From assembly GCA_021613535.1 (NCBI GenBank), contig CP075497.1, positions 4,960,001 to 5,024,000 of the forward strand: DNA of 64,000 nt, in the 5' to 3' direction. The position numbers and the translations under genes were made by a program. This document shows positions 14,279 to 26,237 of this stretch, piece by piece. Numbering within the stretch: the first letter of the stretch is position 1; each line of letters begins with the position of its first letter. The DNA comes from Adineta vaga (Eukaryota; Animalia; Rotifera). The notes under the pieces are model-generated. The model made no database searches. It was not told the DNA's origin and saw only the letters and a list, made by a program, of their open reading frames with translations.

Positions 14279-15571
14279 TTAAACAACATGAATAAATCGA
14301 CATTGACTTCCTAAATTAAGAGAATGAGATTTTGTTTTCAAACTAAATCCTATTGAAAATTGTTTACCTCGTCTAAAAAGAAAGATACAAAGAAATTATC
14401 AACTAAAATCAGTTCAATATACTTACTTGCAATTACCACCAGCAGCATATTTACAAGGAACTAAAATATATATATATATATAAATATAAATACGAACTAT
14501 TGGAATTTGTCAACGTACTATTCTTCTTTTTCTCCAGTGGTAATGGTGCTTTATTAGGATTGACAGGTTTCTTAACACACGGCTTATTATTAGATTGATC
14601 TTTATTGTAATTCCATTGATATTTCACTTTATTTCTGTTCACATATGGACGAGAACGATATGGTTGACAACGCCATTCAAGTTTGCTATTACTATTCTTA
14701 GTCAATATTGAATTTGGTTCATTGATAATAGTATTATCTTCACGACATTCCAAGTAAACACTTTCAAATCTATGACTACTATATGCTGATTCAAATGTTG
14801 ACACACTTTCAGTATCACGATCGATGCCTTCATCAGGACTTGAAGACTCTCGTGATAATGATTTGAAACCGGGTGGAATAAGTAGATGTTCATTCGATAG
14901 ATTCACATGGAACGAAACATTATCTTCATTATTAAGCATCTAAAATGAATGAAACATTTCGATTCTTTCATTCTTACAATATAAAACTTAACCTGGATGA
15001 GATTTTGATAATTGTTACGAATAGATTTGATCAAAACTAGAAAAGAAAAGTTTAAAAAAAAGACCATAAATATTAATTAATGAAGTAAAGATTTGGTTGA
15101 CTAATTCTATAGAAACTAGTTTATTTTCTTACTAACCAGCAACTTCATTTAGATTTTTTGACGCTATGTTTAATCGTTGTTTTACAGAAATCTAAACGAA
15201 ATAATTGATTTTCAGTTTTACGTGATAAGGAGTCTTACTAAATCATTTTCATCTGAATCGATTTTTGTGCTAGTCTTGCTATTCAATTGTATTTTAAATC
15301 GTTGAAAATTATCTAATTGATGAAAATTAAATATTTTTGTTGAATCAATTCGTTGATTAGATAATAAAATTTCGTATTGTTTCAAATCAAATACTTTTTG
15401 GAAGGTTTTCGAAAATAACTCTAATAATTCATTGATAGTAAATATGTGTTTCTTCAATTTAAGACGTTGTCGTTGTTGACCAAATTCAACAATAATCATC
15501 GGTAAATCCTTAATCATAATGAGAATATGTAGAGAATCACGATAAAAACATTGTTTTGATCAGCATACCAT
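14279..15571 (-). CDS. Hypothetical protein, paralog 2: N-terminal PB1/ubiquitin-like domain and C-terminal CCCH zinc finger
   Basis: Same ATG|gtatg first exon, then DLPMIIVEFGQQRQRLKL..; finger CKYAAGGNCKRGSQCRFIH assembled across a 5-nt exon at 14368-14372. Confidence 0.7.
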
Positions 15572-15868
15572 ATCGTTTGCTTCAGTAATACATTGTCCTC
15601 ATCTAAATATCATAAATATGTACGTATATATCGAAATGTCCAATAGTGAACTATTCGTTTCACTTGAAGCAGCTTCTTTTTTTTCGTGACTATGGTCAAG
15701 ATTAATAAAATTTTCAACAGCCAATCAATATACTGGCGATATGAATTATATATATATATATATATATATTATAATATATTAGAAACAACAAAAGAAAATA
15801 ATAAATACATCAATCGCGAATAATTACAACGATTTACACGCTTCAGATGCTTATTGTCACAGACAATT

Positions 15869-16297
15869 TTATTTCTTTCGATTTCGTAGTCCTTTTGTCA
15901 CATGTACAGAGGTCGCCATTGGCATTGATTTATACAAACGAGATGATCGTTGAAATGCAGATGATGATGATGAATCGCTTACTGATTTCGATGAAGATGT
16001 GATTGCGAGAAGACTTTTAAGCATTGATCGTTCAAATTCTAATCGTTTGGAATCATTGGGTGGAACATTTAATAATTGAAATTGTCGTGATCGATGTTCA
16101 TAAAGTAAACGAAGTAAAAGCAAGCGGTGATCACCTTGTGAACCATTGGATTGATTAAGTAAATTTTCAATTTGTTCAGATAATGTTAATTCAACTTTCT
16201 AATTAATCATACAAATGACATTATTGAAAATAAAGATGAGATAACTTACGTGTGGTTTCCGTCGAAAACTTGCTCTTAATTTATCGAATAGATGCAT
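15869..16297 (-). CDS. Small hypothetical protein (~125 aa, 2 exons)
   Basis: MHLFDKLRASFRRKPH|gtaagt..ttag|KVELTLSEQIENLL.. splices in frame into ORF 15869..16123; no family recognised. Confidence 0.55.
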
Positions 16298-16626
16298 ATT
16301 CGAATATAGAAGAAATCTATTATGATAATGGACGAAAGATGAAGAAACGAAAAAAAGAAAAAGAAAAGAAAATAGATAGAAATGATGTCTATGTCGTTAT
16401 TGTCAACCGATAGGACACATATGGACAGAAATTGGTCACCCTTGGTTAATTGATATGCTGAATAGATAGAGATCTGTATAACTCAATTTATTTGATCGGT
16501 AAAACAAATAGATTTATCTCTTTATGGATCATTTCAATAAATGTATGTATGTATATACTAAGGGTTTAAAATTCTTTATTTTACATATTTGAAATCAGAA
16601 AAAGTACATGATTAAATAAAATCTAT

Positions 16627-17358
16627 TTAACGTCGTTGTAAACTTATGTTAGGTAAGATTTGTTCTGATAATGTTCGATCATCAAATGCTTCATTTAATT
16701 CACCATATTTTGATAGAATATGATTTGGATTGATAGCTTCTTGCATTGAATCAGTTTTCGGTTGTTTCATTCCAAGAAAAAATCCTAAAGATGCAAGAAA
16801 CGATACATTACCACATGCTACAATAGCTAATATATATGCCCAACGAATTTGACAAGTATCAAGATTAAAATCATTGACATTCGAACCACATACAGTTCGA
16901 ATTGTATCATGATCGAAGCCGGACGGATAAACAATAAGAGCAATTAATAAACAAATTGAACAAATGATTTGAATCAATGAACAAATAAAATAAACAAGTC
17001 GAGCACGTACAAATAAGAAGAGTGTAAATAATGCTAAACAAATCAGAATAAGCAAAGCAGAAAAACCAACAAAAAATGTTGCGACAGCAAATGGTGCACT
17101 AAGAATTGTATTGAAATTCATCCATGTTCCTTGACAATCAAATTCATAATCATTGATAGTACTTATACAATAAGAATATAAACCAAAATGACCGGCTCGT
17201 GGACTTGCTATTGTATCACCAATCCATTGAGGTTGAACAAAAATAAATATATTTAAAATAGCAAAACAACCGGTCAGAAATATCCAAACAAAACCAATGA
17301 TTCTTGATGTCCATTTAAATGATGAATTTTTCTGTGTTGCTATTGTTGTCTTCCGCAT
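16627..17358 (-). CDS. LHFPL/TMHS-family tetraspan membrane protein (LHFPL3/4/5-like), intronless CDS
   Basis: Four hydrophobic segments; family motifs QPQWIGDT, GHFGLYSYC, YPSGFD..IRTVCG, CQIRWAYILAI. Confidence 0.88.
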   Translation of the reverse strand: MRKTTIATQKNSSFKWTSRIIGFVWIFLTGCFAILNIFIFVQPQWIGDTIASPRAGHFGLYSYCISTINDYEFDCQGTWMNFNTILSAPFAVATFFVGFSALLILICLALFTLFLFVRARLVYFICSLIQIICSICLLIALIVYPSGFDHDTIRTVCGSNVNDFNLDTCQIRWAYILAIVACGNVSFLASLGFFLGMKQPKTDSMQEAINPNHILSKYGELNEAFDDRTLSEQILPNISLQRR

Positions 17359-18457
17359 TTGATCGAAAAATCTCTGATCTGTATATGTAATTTTGCAATC
17401 GAATTACAATACAATTTGCCTTTGTTAATCCTTTCTTATTCTTTTTGATTTATCGTCCTTCGCATCTCAATTTACACGTGCAAAAAAGATTTTGTAGTCA
17501 AAGTTTATCATGTAATGAGGATGACATAAAATTCTTGTCTTTCTATTTGTTGTTGAGGAGATAATGACCTTTTTTCAAAAATTCTTAAGCCGAAAAGTTC
17601 AAGGATTTTCTATTTCATTATGACGAAAGATTGAACGAAACAATACATATGACTTTGTTGTGTTAATAATGACAAAACAAGTATGTGTCGAATGTTGACT
17701 AACAACTTATTAGATTTATTGAATTGTATCTATCTAATTATAGATTAGGATTAAAGAACAATGTTGAACAATATGATTACTAGTGAATGTATATACAAAG
17801 AATAGAGGAGCTGTGCGTGCAAGTAAATCAATTTATCATGGAAGTTCATACTCTGATTTTTTTGTATTAGAATTTTCACATGAACAACACTAGATCTTGT
17901 ACAAGATATACAATTTGTTCTTAGGGCTATTAATAAAGATCATCAACATAAAGAAACCTTTTAAATATCTTATTGTGCGACAACAGTGTTTTTTTTATGA
18001 TTATTATTATTCTGTTTCCTCTATAGGAATGAATAAAAATCTTACTAATTTCATTCTATACAAATATACTATATATATATATATATATATATTGGTTTAG
18101 TAATTATATTAAATTTCTTGCACAAATTTTCCTCTTAACTTGAAGAAAAAGTGATTGAAATATAGTCAATTATTCTTCCGAACGTTATTATTATTGTCCA
18201 ATATTCAGTAACTAATAAATATGTAAAACATTCTCGTTCGCAAATGTTGGTTGACTAAAAATTACTTTTCTTTTCTTTTTCTCTCGTTTCTCTTTTGTTC
18301 GTCGTCGAAAGAAGAATTGCAACAGAATCTTATCAACACATCATCATCGAGTGAAGTAACAAGATATTTCTTCAACATCAAAACTTCCACACAGACGTAA
18401 TAAGACAAAAATATTGACTAAGACGAAAAAAAGTGAAATAACGATTGTCATCAACGA

Positions 18458-19129
18458 ATGGCTGATTTAGATTCTTTAAGAACAATACTTCATTCAAGAC
18501 ATATTGATTCGAGCAATGTCAAGCCATATACTGGTTTTCGTCTTAGAAAGAATGGTAATTTTTGCTTTTTCATTCAATCAATTTGAATAAGCAACTGACA
18601 AACTTTTCTGGGATATTTTTTTTAAAAACAAGTAGTGAAAACAAATGATTCTATTTTCTTTATTTCAGGTGATTTAATTCTAACGACTCCATCACTTGAT
18701 TCTTGTCGAGTTAATAATAATCCACTTCATCGATACGAAGCACGTATGTCTGCTGACCTTCAAAAAGAAATTGATTATCGTATTTTATCTTACGATGCAC
18801 TTGAAAACCGTCGCTATCAAGAATTAAGAATGAAACAACCAATGCCATATCAAGTCACACGTATTTTTCAAGAACGATGTAAATAGAAATAAATATTTAT
18901 TAAAATGAACATTTCATATTTTCATTTAGTTGGTTCTCTTGCTTCTCCTCGGGTTGATTCGTCACGAATAATTCGTACTCAAACAACTCCAGGCTATCGT
19001 TTTGTCGATCAAATTCCTCATTCGAATCGAACAATGGTTTCGCAACGTTTTAATAAAATAAGTCCATTTGTTACAGAACATGGTAATAATCCTAATGCGA
19101 AACCTACATTTCGACAATCAGCAGTCTGA
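18458..19129 (+). CDS. Hypothetical protein (3 exons)
   Basis: MADLDSLRTILHSRH..RKN|gtaatt..tcag|GDLILTTP.. joins ORFs 18635..18886 and 18905..19129 through GT-AG introns; AATAAA follows the stop. Confidence 0.55.
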
Positions 19130-19609
19130 ATTCTATACTTGATGAAAAGTTTTATTAATTCTTTTCATTTCTTTTTCTATTCAATTTTTAAATAAACAAA
19201 CATTTATTTGGTATCTTCATATTGAATGATCAACCTATGAATAGTGCATACATTGATTTAGAAGTGAAGACATGATTGATTAGAGGAAAAAAATCTATTT
19301 TCGAATAGATTCCTATCAGCTCTATATTAATAAATTGCAATAGCTATTCACCAGTTAGAATTTGCATAAGATCAAGTCGTAGTGAAATATATTTCATTAA
19401 TATTTTAACAAAATGAATTTGTTAACGCGAACACCACATTTATGTTGACAACTATGAAGAAGACTAAAACATTCCTATGAATAAAGAAAAAGAAAACGAA
19501 AAATAACGATACAGAATAATCATTGCACAATAAGAGTTTACAATTGACATTCTCAATAAATGATTTACTCATCACAAGTTAGGCAAACAAAGAAAGCAAG
19601 GAAATAGTT

Positions 19610-20698
19610 TTAATTCTTTTTGTTTTCATAATTTTTACTGAAATATTTCAATTTTTCTTCTGGATTGGGAATGATTGTGTCTGCACCGGGACGCCAACCA
19701 GCAGGACAAACTAAAATATATCGTCAGAGTTATGTTTTTCTGATTGATATTAAAATTTACCTTCTCCATGTTTTTCCGTATACTGAAACGCTTGAAGAAG
19801 TCGAAGTGTTTCATCAACTGAACGACCAACTGGAAGGTCATTCATAGTTATTTGTCGAAGAATGCCTTGCCCATCAATAATAAATAATCCTCTATAAAGA
19901 AATCATAAAATGAACTGTTTTCTCTTTCTCAGTCTTACCTCAATGCATGACCAACATCTTGTAAGAATACACCATAATCTTTCGAGACTTGATGTGTCAA
20001 ATCGGATAAGAGTGGAATTTGAATTTTGCCCAAACCACCTTGTTCCCGAGGTGTGTTAATCCATGCTATGAAACGAAGGGAAAGAGAATTATTTGAGAAA
20101 TAAATAAAAACTAAAATGTGGAATACCTAAATGAGTAAATTGTGAATCGACAGAAATAGCCACAACTATCGATATAGAAATTAGGATGTTATCTTATTGT
20201 AAACTAGAGAATCATTTGTATATGTACTTTCAGTATTAATATTTCTAAATTCTTCAATACGATCAGAAAAGGCAATAATTTCAGTTGGACATACGAATGT
20301 ACTATAATCGAAAAGAGAAAGAGAATTAAAATTCTATTTTCAATACGTATATTACTTACAAATCCAATGGATAAAATAAAAGTACGAGATATTTATTTTT
20401 GAAATCTTTTAAACTAATTTCTTTAAATCCTCCGTTAACAACAGCAATACCATCGAAGGATGGTGCTGGTTTACTAACTAAAGAACCGAAAGGAAATCAT
20501 TATCAAATGGTACTATAAATAGAATGACTAACTTTGAGCTTTGCTATATTGTAAACTGAGTGGTTCTCTAGTCGGACGACTTTCACATGGATAAGCACCA
20601 TTACTATCCAAATGTTGAATACATACTGGTTCTTCTTTTTTACATGAAATAAGTGAACTCGAAAAAAACAGTAAAATAATGAAAGATATAAGAGACAT
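19610..20698 (-). CDS. PRDX4: Typical 2-Cys peroxiredoxin with signal peptide (PRDX4-like)
   Basis: Signal peptide [19 protein letters not shown]; SKPAPSF; FYPLDF|[14 protein letters not shown]; [14 protein letters not shown]; HGE|VCPAGW. The short exons are missed by the ORF track. Confidence 0.92.
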
Positions 20699-21330
20699 CA
20701 ATTGTCAAAACGTGAGTCTTTTTCGTATAAATCTAGAATATAAGTTGAGCTTCAATGTATTCATGAATAGTATTATTCTTTCGTCACTATTTTAATACGA
20801 AAAAATAAAGATTCTCATGATAAAATTGAAGGTCTAGAACACTTGAAATTAGGACTCAGTGTTTGCAATGGCAAATGTACACTACGTCTAAGATATCCAT
20901 TGCAAATCTTGGCTAGGACACATGAATGTATGATGCACAAATTCTATTTATTAACAATATGTACATTATAAAAAGTTTCATCAATTAAGCTTCTTTTTTC
21001 AAGTACAATTATCACTTAGTCAGCTAAAACCAGCTGCTGCTGTATATGTATCTTGTCTGTATAGTTTTATAAAGTAGGTTTGTCATATATTCATTGGCTA
21101 CATACGAGAAACCAATTAGAAAGAAGGAAATAATTTTCTACTTCGATTAGTTTTATTCAACCAATCATTATTTAGCGCCACTAATCATGAAGAAAAAGAC
21201 GTTGCAAGTGGTTATTCTACCCGTTGATAATATCTCTTTCTCATTCTTTTCCGTCAAATATATATCGATGCACTGTCTTTCTTACGCAAGGGTTACACAT
21301 ATTTTTTTTACACATTTTTAGATCTGATCT

Positions 21331-21989
21331 ATGCCAAACCGTAAGAAGCCGAATACATTATTTTTGCCTGCTCGAATCAAGCGGCTTATGCAAAAAGATG
21401 AAGAAGTATGATAAATCATTTTTTGCCATTTCTATTCTTTCGAAATACATGTGTTTTTTTTCTCGATATGTTTTAGGTAGGCAAACTATCTGCAACAGTT
21501 CCGGTGATTGCAGCACGTGCATTAGAACAATTTCTTGAAGAACTTATTACTAAAACCGCATCAATCACAAGTTCACTTCAAGCAAAAACATTAACACCCG
21601 ATCATATACGACAACATATCTATGCTGATTCACGTCTTTCATTTCTTCAAGATTTAGCAAATCGAATGGCAAGTGGCCCAAATACGACTGCTCGCTCACT
21701 TTCAACATCTTCTGCAACATCAACACCGTCTGCAACCACAACAAATCGTCCACCATTTCAACAACAATTAAGTATACCCTATCAAGATCCTCTGCCCTTA
21801 CCATCGACAACATCTTCTAATCAAACGAATTTGCTCTATCTTAATCAGCAAATAAGTCGTTCATATTCAAATCAATATTATTCAAAAGTCAAAACCAATA
21901 AACGCCGTTTTAATCTTGTTGATGACGAACAAGATGATGATGACGATGACGATGATGAACCATTCATCGCTGATCATACAGCCACGTGA
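21331..21989 (+). CDS. DRAP1: NC2-alpha / Dr1-associated corepressor (histone fold)
   Basis: PARIKRLMQKDEE|VGKLSATVPVIAARALEQFLEELI..AKTLTPDHI; acidic tail. Confidence 0.88.
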
Positions 21990-22193
21990 ACAATTGAAGA
22001 AAAAGAAGAAAAAGATAATCTTTTCTTGTATAGTTTCGTTTGTTTTTCTTACTCTGTTCTTGTTGTTTGTGTTTTTTTTGTATTAGACCTTATTGTTTCT
22101 CTTTTCGATTCCTACGTGACGATAAGATACAATGTTACTCCGTCCAGGAAACTTCTTTGATTTTTTTCTTGACTTATTTCAGATCGAATTCAA

Positions 22194-23968
22194 ATGATGA
22201 CCGATTGGCGAGAATTTCGTCCTCAACAAAAATTACTCAATTCAAACTTTGATGGTTATCGTCTAACACTTGAACCATTAGCACAATATTCATTAAAATT
22301 TGATCAAAATCTTCATGTACAAAAGGATTTCGAACTCGGAAATGATTCGTATACATTCAATTGTATTAAAGGTTTTAAATCAATCAATCAACTCTCTATG
22401 AATAATGAGAATCTATATTTTATTGATCAGACACATTCCATTCAACAAATTAGTATTTCAGCAGATCAATCTCTATCACATTTACAACAACCTTTCAATG
22501 TTTATCAGTTACCAAAGACTACATTAAATGCTTCCATGTTTTTTATTAGTAATTCTTTAGTTTTTGTATGTGATGGTCAGTCGAGATTATTTCTTCTGAA
22601 TACAAGCACTCCCAAATGGAAACTTCTACATGAAGAAGAGTTAACTGAAAGTATTACATCACCTATACGATTATTGCATGCTGTTTGTTGTGAAGAATAT
22701 TTACATGTGATTCTTGGTTTCATTCAAACGGATTGTCAATTACTTTGGATTACATTTTCGATTGGATCATCGAGTGAAATTAAATTAACAAGAAAAAGAA
22801 TATTGAATGGAAAAAAATGGCCAGATTTTGTCGCAATTGAATCAAATGGTCAGGGAATATATATTGCAGCTGAAGGTTTATCTAAATTTACATTTGATTC
22901 TCAAATTGAAGTAAGATATAAAATGATTTGAATATCATTTAAAAAAGGAATTATTTTCTTTTTAGGTTAAACCCGAGGAAGTTCCACAAAAACCTGTGGT
23001 AGAAAATATTGAATCGCCATATCGTTATATTTGGTCGCAGACTTATACAACAATTGAAATTGAGATTGATTCTAAAACAAATGAACCTCAACAATGGTCC
23101 ATAGTTATTGAATCCGATCATCTTAAATGTTCTCTCAATGATACGATTTTAATCGATGCAAAACTTCATGATAAAATTGACTCAAAAGAAAGTTCATATA
23201 CGATTACGAAAGATAAAAATAATCAATTGAATATAACTCTTCAAAAAGCAACTAGTGGAGTATTTTGGAATGAAGTTTTCAAAGAAGGTCAAAGTATATT
23301 CGGTGATATTAAAATGATCGATATGCCAGAAACGAATAATACTGTTGATGATGATGACATTAAACAAGCATATAATAGTCAACAATTAGAAGAATGTGAT
23401 CAATATTCGAATGAAACTGATACATATTTAGTACGATTCGATGGTGATACACATCGAATAACCCATCAAGCTTTGATTTGTAACCAAATTTTGTTTACAA
23501 AATTAGATCCACCATTATTATGTATTCGTCATGATGTAAGTAGAACAGATAGTCATCATTCTTTTCGCATTCGAATTTTGTTTCATTTAGGTCGATGGAT
23601 TAATTTGGCAAATCAATTCTGTTACATCTAATGATCAAATACCATGGAATCATGAGGCAACATTAAACGCATTCGGTTATGTGCAAGCTTCGAAACAAAA
23701 TCGTAAATTTCTTTCAACACCACCAGATTGTTCTTATGCATTAATATCTGATATTTCGTCACATCTGTATCTTTATAAACAATATTCTCCAGCATCGAAT
23801 CTTCCAGGCTCATCATTACGTAATCGTAAAACAGGAAAACTTGTTGAAAGTGTTGCTAAACAACATATGATTTCATTAGAAAATCGTAATGAAATTCTTG
23901 GTCTTCTAACAACAAATGAACGAACTTATATTTTGACTGATGATCAATTATTTATCATTGCTATTTAA
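22194..23968 (+). CDS. NUDCD1: NudC domain-containing protein 1 (CS-domain co-chaperone)
   Basis: RPQQKLLNSNFDGYRLTLEPL; CS domain YIWSQT..; YNSQQLEECD; LCIRHD|VDGLIW; HEATLNAFGYVQASK. Confidence 0.9.
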
Positions 23969-24018
23969 AGTATCGTTCATTGTTTCGTTTTGTTTCTTTT
24001 AGATAATTCTTTCCAAAA

Positions 24019-25232
24019 ATGGATGGTGGACATTTAACAATTGAAAATGTCACACAATTATTACATCAACATACATTTCCTGCATCTGTTGAAGCTGCAT
24101 TACTTGCTATACGTGAATGTTCAATGTTTACACGTCAAGATTTATCAATGTTAGCAAATCAATTCATATTTTGTCATTCATCATCAACTTCCAATACAAA
24201 TTCAACTCAAAAAATTTGGTCTAAAACATTGAATAACATTCAAGAACTTCATACATTAGATTTAATTCGACAGTTTCTGGAAAATCAATCCGATTCATCA
24301 GCTGCTAATCGTGTCTTTGATATGATCTTTTTGGATATTTTATCCGATAAAGATCATCCATTATTTACACTCTATTATAATTCATTCTTGAAATTTCTTT
24401 CATTAGTCATTTCATTTGAATCGAAAACTGCGTTAACAATCATTGCACGATGGTTTTTAACATTATCCAAAGCAACAACAGATACATTTATAACAAAAAT
24501 AATTGAACATATTATACGTGATCATATTGCATTGGCAATAACAAAATCAGTGAATAATCTTTGTATCATATCACCATTATTTACATTATGTTTCATCAAT
24601 CAAACGTGTATATTATTAGATAGTGAAACTTTTCATATTGATACAAAAGTAATTCAAACATTGATAGAATTATTAACTTTTGGATTGACAAATTCCACAA
24701 ATTCATTAGTTCTTACATTACAACAGGAATTTCTTGCAGAAAGTAAAGAGATATTTATTCAGGAATGAAGTTGATTTTTGACGTTTTTTTTTGTCTCATA
24801 ATAGATGATTCATCTTTATTCAATTTTGTTCCATCAATCGTTCGTTTAGATATTTTATTTCCAATGCGTCATTCAATTGAATCAACATCATTACGATTAC
24901 AATTCGATCATTTTCATACATCCATTCTATCCTTTCTATTCTCCATGGTTACTAATAATTCTTATGAGAATCAAGTTTTTCAAAAACATCTTTTTCCTTT
25001 GAATTATTTCGAACAAATACCTGTGACTATTCAAGATTCTACTGAACATGACAAATTAATCAATGAATGTATTCAACGTTATTTACAAATCTTTGCCATT
25101 TGTCGAACATCTTCATTACCATTGGTACAATTATCCATTAATGAGCTAGGAAAATCTTTCCCTTTACTTACACGTGACAAATTATTTGATATTCTAAAAG
25201 AAAAAGAAGAACATATTCATGTTTCGAAATAG
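24019..25232 (+). CDS. INTS15: Integrator complex subunit 15 (C7orf26-like)
   Basis: QFIF..LNNIQELHTLDLIRQF..FLKFLSLVIS..ISPLFTLCFI parallels the recalled C7orf26 pattern (EFVF..LNSLQELQLLEIMCNYF..LGKLVSMAV..SPRFCCQFI); 2 exons. Confidence 0.7.
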
Positions 25233-25266
25233 AATAGATTCTGATATATGTATATTTGTATTTCAG

Positions 25267-26237
25267 ATGGATAAAGAAAAATCGACGAACGATGCAGAAA
25301 GTAAACGTACAGAACGATTAGCACGTTTAAAAGAACTTCATCTTCGACGCGTGAGTAGAGAAATATAAAAACATATGAGAAAATATTCTATTCTTGTTGA
25401 AATTTTCAGAATGAAGCTCGAAAATTGAATCATGCAGAAGTTATCGAAGAAGATCATCGAAAAAATTTACCAACAAATTATGAACGTCGTTGTGAACGTG
25501 TTAAAAACCAAGAAGACAATCTCAAACGACGACATGAAGCTGCAACTAATGGTCTTGATTATGAACGTATCGAACAATTAGAATGGACAGCCGAAGATTG
25601 TGATAAATGGGAGAAAAAGCGAAAGAAAAAAACTCCCAATGTTGGATTTGATAGTAAGTTTAATTGAGAGGAAATGAAAGAATCTTAATTCATTGACATT
25701 CTGTTACTTGAAAAAGAAAAAAGATATTTAGTAGTTTATTACATGATTAAATAGTAGTCCTAGATTTTATGACATTCGAAGGTTGTATTTCTTTTTGTTA
25801 AACATATATTTATTTATAGATTATGAGCAATGTACTTATCGTGCTTATACAAAATTGACTGCACAAATAAAACCTGATATGGAAGCATGTAATAAACAAA
25901 AAGAAGAGCTGTATGTGTTATCATTTATATGATAAATCATCACACTTGAATGTATATCTATTTATATTGTAGAGGTGAAGATTATTATGCAACAGCTAGT
26001 TCAATGATTCATGGGACACATAAACCAAGTGATGCAGCTGTCAATCGTATGGTGGAAGATCTTGATCAACAATATTCTAAACGTGGTAAATTCTCTCGTC
26101 GACGTGCATTTGATATTGATGCCGATATTGATTATATCAATGAACGTAATAGAGCATTCAATAAAAAAATCGAACGTTATTATGGAAAATATACTGCCGA
26201 AATCAAGCAAAATTTGGAACGTGGTACAGCAGTTTGA
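25267..26237 (+). CDS. SYF2: Pre-mRNA splicing factor SYF2
   Basis: RLKELHLRR|[15 protein letters not shown]; [48 protein letters not shown]. Confidence 0.95.

Noticed and set aside
16627-17358. Functional link between LHFPL (mechanotransduction accessory family) and MscL
   Set aside because: They are 44 kb apart with many unrelated genes between; nothing supports a link beyond the shared theme.
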